Positions 26,580 to 39,169 are shown, counted from the first letter of the whole stretch. The stretch: 63,327 nt of DNA, filler included, from Octopus bimaculoides (GCF_001194135.2; 5 parts of 5 records of this genome joined end to end with filler, not necessarily neighbours in it); one strand, 5' to 3'. The notes: generated from the letters alone by a model not told the origin. Numbers and translations are program-made.

Positions 26580-27520
26580 TAATTAAATATATATGTAAAA
26601 GAAACATAATTATGATAAATAATTTAATGAAAAGATCCAGTTGAGTCAAATCAGGATTGCCACAACTTTGATCACCCCCGTTTACTATTTCTTTTCTGCT
26701 TTTGCATTCCACGTAGTTACTTGACCAAAAAGTATCTTTGCGCAATTTTGAGGTTGGAGCAGCCAAGAAAGGGCCCAGTTCCTGGAAATATTTTATGCAA
26801 AGTCGTTCGTAGCATTGTTCGACTGTTTTAATATCCTTACTATTCTATGCTCCACATAGCGAGTCTCTGTCTGCTAATCTGCACTGAATTTTGTCCTGAG
26901 ATCAGTCACATAGATTTTTTAAATTTCTTCCATCAGTTTTTTTGCTGCTGTACGCCAACTGAAATTTAAAACCGTGTAACGGGACATGGACTCCTCTTCA
27001 CACTCTTTGCTTCCCTTAGTGTAATTTTTTAAAAGAGGTTTTGGTTTCTTTTTCTATCTGCTTCTGCATTCTTTCGTATTTTGCCACTACAGCGTATTTT
27101 CCTTTCTTTCTTCATTGTCGAAAAGCAATAGGGTGGTGCTGCTGACTCTGGCCTGGAAAAATGCGATTCATCTTCCTGGATGCTTTAGAACCAACGACAT
27201 GGTGATCCTTGCCAACATTTCTGGAGACGCGACTGATGGTTCCTTGGGAACCTCGGGTTTTCTGTCTCGATCTTGTAGTTTGTGCTGTTCTTACTTCAAT
27301 ATCTCAAATCTTCTGAGCAGAAAAACATCGAATGACCTTAACTGAGTCATGTAAGACAGCTTCGTTTTCTGTACAACACGATCAATCTTAAAGACTTTCT
27401 GCATCTTTACAAAGATATCTCTGATACAGAAGCAGCGCAATTTAGCTTGCCACTCTCATCTTCTATAAACTCTCTTTAAACTCTTCGCAGCTCTCATAAT
27501 TTCCTCTGTAAAATTGATTT
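26580..27520 (-). pseudogene. Unidentified decayed intronless ORF inside the large intron
   Basis: Long charged frames with sparse stops: EEIMRAAKSLKRVYRR*EWQAKLRCFCIRDIFVKMQKVFKID...; SRYTVLNFSWRTAAKKLMEEI*...CYERLCIKYFQELGPFLAAP. Confidence 0.35.
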
Positions 27521-27836
27521 GTGATAATCTTGAAGAAAAAACAATCTTTTCCAACTGAAAGCAAAATAGCTATCAGTAAATCCCCCTTAAGAAATCGAGA
27601 CTTTAAACAAAATGGAACTCACCAGCTTTTAGCTGATCTCTTCTCAACAGTTACACAAAGAGTGAATAAAAACACCACCTTTAAGGATGAGCACGTCAGT
27701 TTGAAAACACTCTGATGATGATGAAGAGGAGGTGGATAAAAACAACAACAACAGTAACAACGACAAAAATAACAACAACGACGACGACAACAACAACAAC
27801 AACAACAACAATAACAGCAGCAATAATAATAATAAT

Positions 27837-28005
27837 GGAATAAATAGGGGCTGCAATAAGGGTGGAGTACTTGCAGAAAACAGTACTGCGTGGAACAGCT
27901 CGAATACTCCGGAAGGTGCTCGAAAAATAAGGTGTTACCTTAGTTCACTGGTAGGGAACAGTTGACACTGTAGTATACCTCCAGTGTTAGCAGCTGTGCA
28001 AAAGC
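27837..28005 (+). mobile_element. R4/Dong 3' end, family A
   Basis: LQKTVLRGTARILRKVLEK-like C-terminus plus 3' UTR ending gctgtgcaaaagc then (AAT)n. Preceded by (AAC/AAT)n at 27740-27836. Confidence 0.85.
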
Positions 28006-28467
<462 letters not shown>

Positions 28468-28990
28468 GGCACTGGTTCGCATGGCTTCTGATCTTAACTG
28501 ATTGGACGTGTTATCATGTACATTGTTTTTCTTGGTATGAAAGATGGGCTACAGCAAATATTCTGTTCAGTACCACAGATCAGCTTGTCACTTGTTTGAC
28601 CTAAAACAGTTGAGCATATCCTTTAGTGGCTGACGATATGTGCATCCTCTGATCACGAGTAGAAGTAATAGGGGACCATCATAGCCATGTGTTCTTTGGG
28701 GTTTGGCCAATTCACCTTTGGAGACATGGGTGTTTCGTTCAACATTCTTAAACAACCCTTATTCAGGGGTCTTTTGAGCGGGATGGGCTACTCGACCTGA
28801 AGAAAATTACAACTGAGCCTCACCTGCAAGGTCATACGAAGTTTATCTTGGTATGAGATCACCTTGTCACACACATGGTTGTGATGAATGTGTCTGGTGT
28901 ACCCTTATCACACGGGTAGTCATGATGGGTATACTGAGCTTCGCATATTTTACCCCAGTGTCATTTTGATGGCATGCACTGCTCTCTCTC
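28468..28990. mobile_element. Unclassified interspersed repeat flanked by (AAT)n
   Basis: Complex-sequence block between two AAT tracts with no recognisable ORF; likely a LINE/SINE end. Confidence 0.4.
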
Positions 28991-29035
<45 letters not shown>

Positions 29036-29077
29036 GTAGTAGTAGTAGTAATAATAATAATAATAATAATAATAATG

Positions 29078-29114
<37 letters not shown>

Positions 29115-29115
<1 letters not shown>

Positions 29116-29273
29116 TGTTATGTCTCAAGCTACTGCTATCTAGCACCTTCGGATGATGTCCACTCAACCGCTACACGGTTGTTACTCAACAGCTACTCAA
29201 TCCCCTACCACGGCCAGGCTTCCTCTATTTATATGTCTCGGGCGATCCTACTTCTTCGCTTGGGGGCGTCGAC
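29115..29273 (+). mobile_element. Short unclassified retroelement 3' end with (AAC)n tail
   Basis: 159-bp complex block after (AAT)n and before (AAC)n. Confidence 0.35.
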
Positions 29274-29373
29274 ACAACAACAACAACAACAACANNNNNN
29301 NNNNAACAACAACAACAATAACAGCAACAACAACAACAATAATAAATAATAATAATGGTAATAATGGTAATAA

Positions 29374-30787
29374 TATAAAAGAAACAGGTTCGAAGCGCTC
29401 AATGCTTGAGCCATACCAGTCGTGGCTTACCGTTTCAATATCATTAACTGGTCAGTTACTGAAATATGTAATCTTGACAGAAAAATACGAAAACTGTTGA
29501 CAAAGCATAGAATGCACCACCCAAAGGCAGATATAGAACGACTTCATGTGCCAAGAAAAGAGGGAGGCCGTGGACTTTTACAACTGGCATTAACAATGAA
29601 GATTGCCACAACTGGCCTAGACACCTATCTGGGGAACTCTGATGACTGGATTTAAAACTTGTCTCATAACATGAAAACAAGAAAACATCATACTCAGCAA
29701 AAAATCAAGTAAAGGAATATCTAAGTGAATTCCAAATACAACAAATTCCAGAATTAGACGTACTAGAAACAAGCGCAGAGAAAGTTAAGCGTATGAAAAC
29801 CCGTGCTAAAACTGCTGCCTTAGATATTCTGACTGATAAATGGCAAGAAAAAAACCTCTCAATGGCAAATACCTAAAGAGAGCGAATAATGCCGATGTTG
29901 ACAAAGGCCTTACCCATCAATGGCTAATTGCTTCTGGCTTAAAATTTGAAATAGAAGGGTTTATCATAGCAGCCCAAGATCAATGCCTACCTACAAGGAA
30001 CTACCAGACCAACATATTAAAGAATGGCAGCTTCCCAACATGTCGTGTATGTCAACAACAAAATGAAGCCAGTGATCATGTTGTCTTCATGTGCAGTCTT
30101 CTTGCGCCTATAGGCATGATAGAGCTGCACAATATATTCACTAGGTAATTTGCAAAAGCTTAGACTTGTCCCATGATACAAACTGGTGGGAACACAAACC
30201 ACTTCCAGTGCTTGAAAATGATCACATCTCACTCCTCTGGAACTTCACCATTCAAACTAACAGAAAGACAGATGCAAATAGGCCAGGCATCATATTGAAA
30301 GACATCAAACAAAAATCATACCTCCTCATTGATATGACTGTCCCAATCGATATAAACGTATCTATCAAGACCTACCAAAAACTGAGCAAGTATAAAGATC
30401 TTGAAATAGAAATGAGCAAAATGTGGAACCCAAAGACGAAAACAATACCTGTTGTCATAGGTGCCCTGGAAATGATAGCAAAAGGGGTTGATCGCTACCT
30501 AGCTCAGATACCAGGAAACCACAAAATGGCTGAAATTCAAAAGATAGTGCTCATGGGAACTGCCCATATCCTACGCAAAATACTTTCTATGTCATCTCAA
30601 ATTTTAAAACAAACATAATTTTCTCATGGTTTCTTAAACATTCTCTAGAAGAACACTATGTACAAAACCAAATATATGGCACCCTAGGCATAACACCAAC
30701 ATGAGCTTCTAACTTGTTGTCTCTTGAGGTCTCTGGGTGAAACGTGGAGACAACTTGTACAAATGTAAAGCAAAAGTCAAACATAAA
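29374..30787 (+). mobile_element. R4/Dong 5'-truncated copy, family C (RT thumb, CCHC zinc knuckle, restriction-like endonuclease)
   Basis: LDRKIRKLL..HHPKADIERLHVPRKEGGRGL; EGFIIAAQDQCLPTRNY; CRVC..DHVVFMC; LLWNFTIQTNRKTDANRPGII..LIDMTVP..KLSKYKDL; IQKIVLMGTAHILRK; (ATA)n tail. Confidence 0.92.
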
Positions 30788-30796
30788 ATAATAATG

Positions 30797-30826
<30 letters not shown>

Positions 30827-30828
<2 letters not shown>

Positions 30829-30979
30829 ATTGTGGAACACTTTCAGAAAACAGCACTGCTTGGAACGTCTTGAATACTCCGGATGGTGCTCGAAAAAAAT
30901 ATGGGGTGTTACCTTAGTTCACTGGTAGTGAACAGCTGACACCGTAGTGCATCTCCAGCGTTAGAAGCTGTGCAAAGAC
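30827..30979 (+). mobile_element. R4/Dong 3' end, family A
   Basis: Aligns to 27860-28005 and 32760-32895 (gttaccttagttcactggtag...gctgtgcaaa); (AAT)n tail. Confidence 0.85.
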
Positions 30980-30980
30980 A

Positions 30981-31042
<62 letters not shown>

Positions 31043-31045
<3 letters not shown>

Positions 31046-31754
31046 TCTTGCTTTATATTCTACAGGTGCTAAGACTCTCAGGGTGTAGAGTTTTAGCACC
31101 TGTAGAATATAAAGCAAGACATGACAGAGTCGGCCAGTATTTACACTGGAAAATATGTCGGCATTATAAAATCAAAACCGCTGACAAATTTTATAAATCC
31201 CATCCTGAAGCTGTGACTGAGGGAGAAAATATGTCGATTCTCTGGGACTTCCCGTACATGCCGACGAAACTATAAAAGCTAATAAACTGGATATTATCAT
31301 AAAAGATCAAACAAAGAAGATGTGTTTATTAACTGACATGAGTATTCCCTGTGATCATAATATAGAGGCGAAAGAATTTGACAAGATTAGTAAATATAAA
31401 GACTTGCTAATAGAAATTGAAAAGATGTGACATCTCAAAGCAACTACCGTACCAGTGATTGTAGGATCTCTAGGAATGATAAAAAAAAGGTACTGAAACC
31501 TATTTGAAAATGATACCAGGCTTCCCATCCCTACAGGAAGTGCAAAAAATCGTGTTAACTGGAACGACTCATGTACTGAGAAGAGCATTATCGCTGTGAA
31601 AACAACATCCATTCATGAATTTTTTTTTAATACATATTTTACCTGTGAATTTGCGTGTGTAAACTGGGAATGCATACAATGAGCTTCTCTGCCCTAAGTG
31701 TACGGAAAACACTCGGCGAGAAATGGAAGAAAATTTAAAGAAAGAAGAAAAAAA
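31043..31754 (+). mobile_element. R4/Dong 5'-truncated copy, family D, with inverted 5' segment
   Basis: SGCRVLAPVEYKARHDRVGQYLHWKIC..ILWDF; KANKLDIII..DMSIP..KISKYKDL; ends in (AAC)(AAT)n. 31043-31072 is an inverted copy of 31093-31122. Confidence 0.9.
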
Positions 31755-31761
31755 CAACAAC

Positions 31762-31822
<61 letters not shown>

Positions 31823-31829
31823 TAATAAC

Positions 31830-32895
31830 ACCAATAGTGTTGTGTTAGTCTTGAAGAGAGGCAAAATCAAATGTATGGACGTGCTAACGATACCGTTGGG
31901 GGAGGTTATGAAGCAGATAGAAGAGACGAGCAATAAGTATTTGGGGATTTGGGAAATGGATAAATTGATGGAGACAGAAATGACAGAAAAATTTAAGGTG
32001 GAGTACTTGCGCAGACTGGGACTGATACTTATGTCGAAATTAAACGGATGGAATATCAAAGCTGTCAACACCTGGGTGGTTTCACTCCTTAGATATGGAG
32101 CAGGGGTAACTGCATGGGCATTAGACGAAATAAACAGCTTAGACAGAAAGACAAGGAAGTCTCTAACTAGATATGGGTCATTCCACCCAAAAAGTGAGGC
32201 AGACACACTGTATGTACCAAGAAAAAGAGGGGGAAGAAGACTTATTGGATGCGAACGCAGCATTAGAAACAGCATAGCACGGTATGTAAAAAATGTCAGA
32301 GAACCACTATTATTAGAAGTAAGAAGGTCAGGCTTGTGTAGGATGAAAGATTGCAAAGATCAAGCACTCTACAAGAAATTGAAAACGAATGAAACTGAAA
32401 ATAGGTGGGTAAAGAAAAGAATGCATGGTCAATTTCATAGGGATGTTGAAGATAAGGCAGACAGACAGACAGAGAAAAAAGATGGCTGTGGATGACTAAA
32501 AGTGATTTAAAACCGGAAACGGAGGCTCTAATCTGTGCTGCCCAAGAGCAAGCACTTAGAACAAACAGCATAATATACTGAATAGACAACACAGCAGAAA
32601 GTAATAAGTGCAGAACCTGTGGACAAAACGGTCAAACCGTATAGCATATTACCAGTTGTGGTCGATGAAAAAGGTAGCAGTAGTACCAATAATTTTTGGA
32701 GTCTTGGGAACAGTAAGCAAAATTCTCGAGAAGTACGTGGAACAAATAGGGGCTGCAATAAGTGTGAAGCACTTGCAGAAAATAGCACTGCTTGGAACCG
32801 CTCGAATACTCCGGAAGGCCCTCGAAAAATAGGAGGTGTTACCTTAGTTCACTGGTAGTGAACAGTTGACACTGCGTTAGAAGCTGTGCAAAGGC
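31830..32895 (+). mobile_element. R4/Dong copy, family A, with internal deletion
   Basis: YKYLG-like NKYLGIWE; KAVNTWVVSLLRYGAGV; HPKSEADTLYVPRKRGGRRL; MHGQFHR; ETEALICAAQEQALRT; CRTC; then a jump to VAVVPIIFGVLG..LQKIALLGTARILRKALEK; (AAT)n tail. Confidence 0.9.
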
Positions 32896-32944
<49 letters not shown>

Positions 32945-32958
32945 GCAATAATAATAAT

Positions 32959-33868
32959 GTTTCCTTTTTTGGCCACAAGGGCTGTACTCAAAACAAATAG
33001 GGACGATACGACACGAGGGAGAAGTGGGGTTAAGGACGATATTTGTGTGCAATTAACAAAATGTAGACAATAAAATTCTCCAAAAAAGAGGAGTTCCTCT
33101 CAGTGCCAACCAAGGAACCCTATATATCCTGGTCACCTTGACCACGAAGGGAACCTCAAGCAGGTACTTCACACCCGCTTGACTTCTCTGGTCGACAGGC
33201 ACATGTTCAGAGTAGACCCAGTCACATAGGTTATCTCCGCCATATTCACACATCAGCAAAAACTCTTGGAGGCAGCACTTCCTTCTCCACCCTGACTTCT
33301 CTTTTCAAGTAGAACTTGAAAAAGTTGATGAAAGTTCGTCTAAAGAAAGAAGTATCTGTCTTCAGTCCTTTCAATATCATCCACCACACTATTGCTACCA
33401 GACAGATGAAAACTCCCTTTCTTTCTCTGTCAAAAAAGTGGCGGAACAATATTCACGATGGACTCGGATAACCGGGTCCGTGGTAAATGCGTCGACAGCT
33501 GTTCGACAGTGCTCCACAAGTCAGCAATGCTTGGACACTGGAAAAATGCACGCAGAACCGTTTCAACTCCCTGCGCACATATCGAGCAGCTTTTTCTGAC
33601 GGCACTTCCGTACCTGTAAAGCTTGTCTTGAACCGACAGAGTTTCCCGGTAGCACTGTCAGGCCAGGGATTTCTGAAAATTATACATCGGCGCCGACCCA
33701 AATGTCATCCGGAAAAGACCAACTGCTTGATCCCTCCCGATTTCCCGAGTTTCCCCGAGAACGTCGTCGCTCTTGCCCGCTACTAATTCCCTACAGAACT
33801 TCCACCGACCGCATTGTCCGTTTGGCGGAGGGATGTGAGCTCTTGGTGACACTCCAGATGCCACGCTT
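32959..33868 (-). mobile_element. Tx1/L1-clade LINE 3' portion
   Basis: Minus frame FQKSLA*QCYRETLSVQDKLYRYG...SCSICAQGVETVLRAFFQCPSIADLW matches the L1/Tx1 C-terminal zinc-binding motif. Its 3' end abuts the (AAT)n tract at 32896-32958. Confidence 0.75.
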
Positions 33869-33879
33869 CAAATTTTGGT

Positions 33880-34057
33880 AAAAAAATGAGAAATTTCGGA
33901 GGTTACATCGACACCAGTGTTCAACTGGTGCTTATTTCACCGACACCGAAAGGATGAAAGGCAAAATTGATCTCAGCGGAATTTGAACTCGGAACAAAAA
34001 GACGGACGAAATGCCGCTAAGCTTTTGACCGACGTGCTAACGTTTCTGTCAGCTCAC
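33880..34057 (-). mobile_element. tRNA-derived SINE (family of 39170-39375)
   Basis: Contains the reverse complement of ttttgcctttcatcctttcgg and a ttccgagttcaaattccg B-box-like head. Confidence 0.75.
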
Positions 34058-34183
34058 AACAACAACAACAACAATGATAGTATTAGTAATAAAGAAGGTT
34101 CTTAAGTACGTAATTTTGAATGAATATTGTTATGCTTTACTCTGATTTTAAAGAATAATAACAAATAATGATTAAAGCCGTAC

Positions 34184-34330
34184 CGAGATAATGGTTTGAT
34201 CCGTCATGCCAAATTGTTTTCATACGGCAACTTGTATTGGTATTCAGGCATTCATACCTCCAGGAACTTTCGCTGTAAGTACTGTTTATCATATTGAACG
34301 ATACAAGATATGGCTGTTTACACGAATAAG
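34184..34330 (-). CDS. Sushi/CCP-like exon 2 (AYSCKQPYLVSFNMINSTYSESSWRYECLNTNTSCRMKTIWHDGSNHYL)
   Basis: ttttttaaaacag|ct ... g|gtacgg. 147 nt, phase 1-1; C-x-x-P, Y-x-C and C-x5-W motifs; the fourth Cys is absent. Confidence 0.65.
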
Positions 34331-34756
34331 CTGTTTTAAAAAAATATATAAGAACTACCTGTTGTAGCAAACAGTACTTTAGTATTTGTTTACTTAAATA
34401 TATTATTACAAGAACGTGGGCACATGCATATTTTATATCAAAATCTTCTCAGTCATGTTGTTCCGAATAGGATCAAACTGCTCAAAAATTAATCTAGCAA
34501 AAGATCGAAGTACTTTTACTATAGCCTGAAATAGATCAATACAGTAAATCGGCCATTTTGTTCAATCGTCTAGCAACTCTGTCGGTAACAATAAAAACAG
34601 CACCCCGGTGTTTCTCATGGGAGAATGGACTGTGAAAATTGAAAAAGGCAGCAGACAGACTATCCGCGACATTAAGATTTTAACATTAGCAACATTAAGA
34701 TGGTTTCAGATTGTTTATACTTTTCCAACACCATGTGAAGAAAAAGAATAGATGTA

Positions 34757-35510
34757 AACTATATTTCATTTCCTCATGAATAAAAAGGCTGGAGCCAAAT
34801 GTTTCACAAATGATCTGAGAAGAAATTTGCATTTATCAGTTCGAGAATCTCAGCTGTGGCAGACACGTAATAGATGACGTCACATGCTCTTCAGTTAAAA
34901 ACTGTAAATAAAATAATATATTTCCTTAATTATCACGTGTTTATCTAAATTACACAATAGTTTTAAAGCGTAGTTCAAATTCAGATATTTCATGTGAAGG
35001 ATAGCTATAAGCTATAATGGACGTAGAGTATAGGAGATGGTAAGTCCCATGCTGGTCACGTTCTCTCCATTATCTAAAGATTTAATATGAAACAATATTT
35101 ACGGTAAAACTAACCGAAATGTTCATATTGATTACAATGATAATAGCACATATTAATTTCATTTGTAAAAGATCATGTCCTAAGATTATTAGGTTCTGTT
35201 AACTTTGAATTTCAGTGGACCTACTTGTCGACCGGCTGGAATTGCATCTCATTGATCTGTTGCTATGGTATTTGTTGCTCTTCTTCTGTCTCAGAGGTAA
35301 GTCACCTTAGTTATATGTAGTGCGAGTTAGCGATATGATAGGTGTAGCTCTCTTTTAAGGATCATGTGAACGAAAAAGATATTGATCTTTTTCGTTATAT
35401 CACCTTATATCACTCCCATGAAATAATTAATCTTCAAGGTTATGTAAAGAAGAAAAGAAACGGAATTAATCATGAGTTGTTGATTGTGCGTTTTAGATTA
35501 AAAGCCAATG
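34757..35510 (+). promoter_or_regulatory. Promoter-like block with CRE, E-box, ATG|GTAAGT first exon and candidate 81-nt second exon (35216-35296)
   Basis: TGACGTCA at 34875-34882; ggagATG|gtaagt at 35037-35045; tttgaatttcag|tgg...gag|gtaagt. Partly duplicated at 37597-37948. Confidence 0.35.
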
Positions 35511-35874
35511 TTCTTGATTCAGTTGTTCGACTTATAAGTTATGTCTGCCGAGTCTTTCTTAAATCACAACTACACTTTCCTCTTTTTAGGAAAAGAGGCC
35601 GTCATTTGAGGGAGATCTAAGTGAGATAATAAAAATAGGTGTGATTTGAGGGAGACATTGAAAATGTATTCCTAAATACATGATATCTGAAAGAGATAAG
35701 AGTCAGAATAATCGGAACACTTTAAACATAAGTCTGCCTAATCAGTGTTGGCTTGAATTAAAATATCAATGAAATTATCGATATTAAGGGCATACGCGTG
35801 CCATTTCAATTCTGTGAATTCATTTCCTTTATTTAACCTACACGAAGAAGAACATAATTTACTTAAAAACTTAC

Positions 35875-36033
35875 GACATGCTTTTGGTTTCGACCAAACT
35901 GCGTAATCCTGACAATCTGATCTTCTAGCATATTCTCCATTCAAATCCACCAAACACCTGTATCCCACAGACCACTTACCTATCCAAGTAATCACTGAGG
36001 AGTTTAACTGGAGTGGTACACCACAGTCAATGT
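35875..36033 (-). CDS. Sushi/CCP-like exon 1 (DIDCGVPLQLNSSVITWIGKWSVGYRCLVDLNGEYARRSDCQDYAVWSKPKAC)
   Basis: aatatag|ac ... c|gtaagt. 159 nt, phase 1-1, with the canonical CCP pattern C-G-x-P, V-x-Y-x-C, C-x5-WS-x-P-x-x-C. Confidence 0.75.
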
Positions 36034-36839
36034 CTATATTATTTTTTAGATGTAAAAAAGAGAAGAAGAAAAACATTAATAGTATAGCACTTTAAAAGTG
36101 TGCAAGATGGGAAAAAAACAAACAAAGAATGAGACTTTAACAATTTGGTGTTATAATTCACAAACTAGGAGCGAAACGGCATATTGGACTTAAGTGACTA
36201 GTTTAACGTCTTACCTTATGATATAATACTGTACTATGTCAGTCATTATTGATTTCTCTGATTAGAAGGGTAATTATCGAGTAAGAGGTATATATCAAGA
36301 TGAATCTGGCTCAATATATTACTGGAATTCATTCTTTCTGACCTACAAATAAAATGATCCCTATGCCATTTGTACGCCTAACTGCTGCACTAATTCTTCA
36401 GGCATCTCTAACGCTTTTATACCAAATAATATTCATTCTTTTTACTCTACACAATACCACTTATACGGGAGTGAGTATGGTCAAATGGATCGATATGCAG
36501 AATATTACAGATACTTATTTTTTTGACATCGAATGGAAAGGGAAGTTGACTTCAATGAAGCTTGTATGAGGGTGGACGAAAAATTTCATAGGCTCACTAT
36601 GGATGAGTGATGCTAGAGTTGTGAAATCTTGCAAGTATTAAAGTCAACACATCTTGTTAACAACAGCACAGTTTCTTACCAGGAAAACTGATATCTCACT
36701 GTTCAAAGAAAACTTAAATGTAACTAGTTGTGACGTCCCTTGAAAACAGGCAATATTTGGCATAGTGGTGGTCTCAGTTATCTGTAGAAAAGGAGTTTAG
36801 CTCCCACGGACCCACAGACATTCATGTTGATACGGTTGT

Positions 36840-37170
36840 TACATTAGGAGATGACACTCCAGCTTCATTAACAGTGCAAAGTGAGCAGCTGAAGGGAAGA
36901 TGATAACCTCAGTTTTTTTGGGATGCAAAAGGTATTGTACTTATTGACTATTTTCAAAAGTGCTACATCATCAATAGATAGAAACCATGCCTATTCGCTG
37001 TGGCAGTTACGAAAGGCTATCAAGATCAAACACCAAGGCAAGCAGACGAAGAGATATTTTCATCAGGACAATACTCCAACATACAAGTCCTTGGTTCCAA
37101 TGGCTTCTGTGCACGACTGTGACTTTGAACTGGTTGAGCACTCTTCCTATTTCCCAATATTTTTTTTATG
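36840..37170 (+). mobile_element. mariner (DD34D) transposase remnant
   Basis: AEGKMITSVFWDAKGIVLIDYF..QLRKAIKIK..FHQDNTPTYKS..FELVEHSSYFP matches the mariner DDD region (HxDNA, HPPYSP). Confidence 0.8.
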
Positions 37171-37243
37171 GATTTGTTTTTTTAAATAAGAGACTATTAT
37201 AGAACAGGATAGGTAGAATAATTTTAAAAAATTACTAATTCTA

Positions 37244-37454
37244 CGAGGGTTGCTGAAAAGTTTCTGGCATCAAGGGTGTCTCAGAAGGCCCATTTGGAGA
37301 ACAAGCCGCCCGAGTTCTTTTACAGGGCTGAAACAAAAAGAACCGCTACAATAAGAGTGTGAATGTTAGGGAGAAATATGTTGAATAAAATCATAATCAA
37401 CTGATCTGCCTGTATTTTCTTTTACCTAAAGTAAGGAACTTTTCAGCATCCTCA
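37244..37454. mobile_element. mariner-derived MITE
   Basis: TA|cgagggttgctgaaaagtt ... aacttttcagcatcctc: ~19-bp imperfect TIRs. Confidence 0.75.
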
Positions 37455-37596
37455 CATACGCTCTGTAATTATCTGTAATTGGCTGCGAACGATCTGTGTT
37501 TCTTGTTTTGTCCTGTTTGCCGTTGTTGTGCTATCGTCCTTTTCCTGCTTGTTATGTTTGGATGATTTTCGTCTGTGTGTTTTGATATATATATAT

Positions 37597-37945
37597 AAAC
37601 TATATTTCATTTCATCATTAATAAAGGGGCTAGAACCAAATGTTTCTCAGCTATAGCATACACGTAAAAGATCACGTGATTTGCTCTTTAGTTAAAAAAC
37701 TATAAATAATATGATATATTTCCTTAATTATCACGTTTATATAAATTTATACAATGGTTTTAAAATGTAGTTCAAATCCATATATTTCGTGTGAAGGATA
37801 GCTATGATGGACATAGAGTAAAGGAGATGGTAAGTCTCATAATGGTAAGTCTGATTCCCATAAAATTATCAAGCTTTAAGGTTATGTAAAGAAGAAAAAG
37901 AAAGGAAATAGTTATTAATCATGAGCTATTGATTATAAGTTTTAG

Positions 37946-37948
<3 letters not shown>
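37597..37948 (+). repeat. Internally deleted duplicate of 34757-35510
   Basis: Shared blocks aactatatttcatttc, tttccttaattatcacgt, gtgaaggatagctat, ggagatggtaagtc and aaggttatgtaaagaagaaaa. Confidence 0.85.
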
Positions 37949-38032
<84 letters not shown>

Positions 38033-39169
38033 CGAAGAAAGGATTAGTCGATTGAGTCAAAACAGTCTATGTTTCTGCTACATAACTGCAATGAACGAAT
38101 ATTAAGCTGGCATAGTTAATATTAAAACATATAGTTCGGTTGTCGACTAAAATAACCACCGTACTATGACAGTGAATATAATGTCTCTGTTTCGGAAAAC
38201 TACTTGCCACTAACCTAACACCGTGTAGTCTTTGCCTTCAAAATTATGATTTCAAATCTTCCAATCGTGAGTTTTACTCTAACAAATTTGATTAATTCAA
38301 TCGTATTCGCCCAAAGTAAGAGAAAAGTCCATGAGCTAGGAGGGAACAATAACATGTTGATCTAAATAATTCTCAGTATTAAGTTTCGGACAAAACGCTC
38401 GGAGTTCAAATCCTACAAACATTACTTTCAATAACGCTTGTTTGATTGTGTTGTCAAAATGATTGTAAGAAAATTATAATTACTTGAGTGAGGAAAAGAT
38501 GGAAGAATCTGATGGAATTTTTATTGTTCTTGTTGTTGCTAAATATCCAAGTAATCCGTGACATAGCAGATTTACGATGAAAGCCGTTCCTGCAACAACT
38601 ATCTCGAATTTCTTAAGGGTGTCTGATATGTATTTTCAAAAAAAAAAAAAAAGAAATTGGTTGCTATTTCTTGCAGGTTGAACGAATACACAGCAGATAC
38701 TTTGGCAACAAAGTATAAAGATCTCTTTTTTTCGTTTTGAATTATTGTAAATATCCAATGAATATTTAAGATCTCAATTTTTTGTGTGTCAAAGATTCGC
38801 TGTTAAATACCTGTTCTTGAAAGTTATTTCGTTTGAGAACAACATACTGTTGATAAACAAACTTTTCTCCGAATTAGGGAAAAAGAAATCCCCTGAACAA
38901 TTCGAATATGTTTTTTTGTCAATTGGATATTGTACATTTCACTCTATATAAGTACCGAGCAGCTGTTCTGCCGGAATGTCAAACTATATATTCTTTTCTC
39001 TCTCTCCCCTGTAAATAGTGTAAACAGCATAGAATTACCAGTTTATATACGTCTGTTTGCTGACATAGAAAGTATGGTACGTTTAAAAAAGAGGGCTGCC
39101 AGTTTGGTTACTGAACAGTTTGGTCAAAACCAACCCTGCTGAATCGACACCAATAGTAAACGATATTTG

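Noticed and set aside
36215-36342. Well-formed AG/GT block just upstream of CCP exon 1
   Set aside because: Stops in all three frames; it could only be a UTR or pseudo-exon, so it is not called coding.
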